Assembly: GCA_050230475.1 (NCBI GenBank)
Contig: JBFLGF010000176.1
Location: 49,648-69,647, forward strand
Direction: 5' to 3'
Origin: Ancylonema sp.
Lineage: Eukaryota
Length of the DNA stretch: 20,000 bases
The notes under the pieces are model-generated. The model was given only the letters and a program-made list of their open reading frames with translations, had not been told where the DNA came from and did no database searches. Shown in pieces: positions 19,307-20,000 of the stretch. The position numbers and the translations under genes were made by a program. How positions within the stretch are numbered: position 1 is the stretch's first letter; each line of letters begins with the position of its first letter.

Positions 19307-20000
19307 GGCTGCCAAAGGCAAGGGAGAGGTTGCTGGGAAAAACCAAAAAGGAGAGATCGTGGAAGTGGGTGGGGGCACTAGTGAGGGTAGCAGCCTCAAT
19401 TATCACCAGAGTTGTGAGCCTGAGGGAGGAGGCAGCAACGGAGGGAGTGCATATCGTTGAGCTTTTCAGTGGCATCGGTCTGGGCGCCACAAGAGCAGCC
19501 TTGGCTGCGGGATTGAGGGTGCGGTTGGTGTCATGCGCCGAGAGGGACCCCATCTCCAACAAGATCAACGAGGGGGTGATCGAGAAGCTGATCCTCGAGT
19601 ACCCAGGCCAGATCCACAGAGGGACATTTATTGGCTGGGAGAAGAGGCTGCCACCAGATGTGGGGCTGATTGGGGAGATGGCGCTGGTTAACTTGATTGC
19701 GCAGAACGGGGAGGTGGATATAGTGGGGGCTAGCTGGGAATGCCAGAGTATCAACCGGGGGGGGCAAGCAAGAGGGGTAAGCAGACAGGCGGTTCCAGTA
19801 TTTCTACGATTTGGTGCGCATTCTTGGGTGGCTGCAGCACCATCAGGAGAGATCGCCACTCTACTTCTTGGAAAACACTTACCCGGGGGAGTTGGCAAAG
19901 ATGCCTGAATCGGTGCAAAAGACTGCACGGCTTATAGAGTCCTTTAAGCTTTTTAGTGATTAGACGTGCAGGAGATTTGGTGGGCGACAAAACGAACCGT
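19303..20000 (+). pseudogene. C5 cytosine-specific DNA methyltransferase domain within the retrotransposon polyprotein; frameshifted, and truncated by the window end
   Basis: Motif I IVELFSGIG (FSGIG 19465-19479); II VSCAERD; III PPDVGLI; IV VDIVGASWECQSINRGG (C at 19741). After a +1 shift near 19780: V DRRFQYFYDLVRIL and VI PLYFLENT (E at 19871). Confidence 0.88.

Noticed and set aside
19303..20000. Bacterial restriction-modification methylase from contamination
   Set aside because: It is continuous with a gag-protease polyprotein among eukaryotic LTR elements, with no operon context.

Overview
Eukaryotic window, probably from a green or streptophyte alga (inferred). It holds the 5' part of a plant-type WDR11 gene (1-807, minus strand; missing from the ORF track because it runs off the window) followed by about 19 kb of nested, decayed transposons. 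These are: (1) a Mutator-like non-autonomous TIR element with a 10-bp TSD, carrying a MITE and sitting in an older hAT-like end; (2) a Ty3/Gypsy chromovirus whose gag-PR-RT part is inverted in place relative to its RT-RH-IN-chromodomain part; (3) a large Gypsy-like element with domain order Gag(CCHC) - aspartic protease - C5 cytosine DNA methyltransferase, running off the right edge; (4) a complete Ty1/Copia element (11360-17896, TSD TTGGG, half-tRNAiMet PBS, unusual TG...AA LTR ends) inserted into the polyprotein of element 3. The retrotransposon-borne DNA methyltransferase is the most notable feature.
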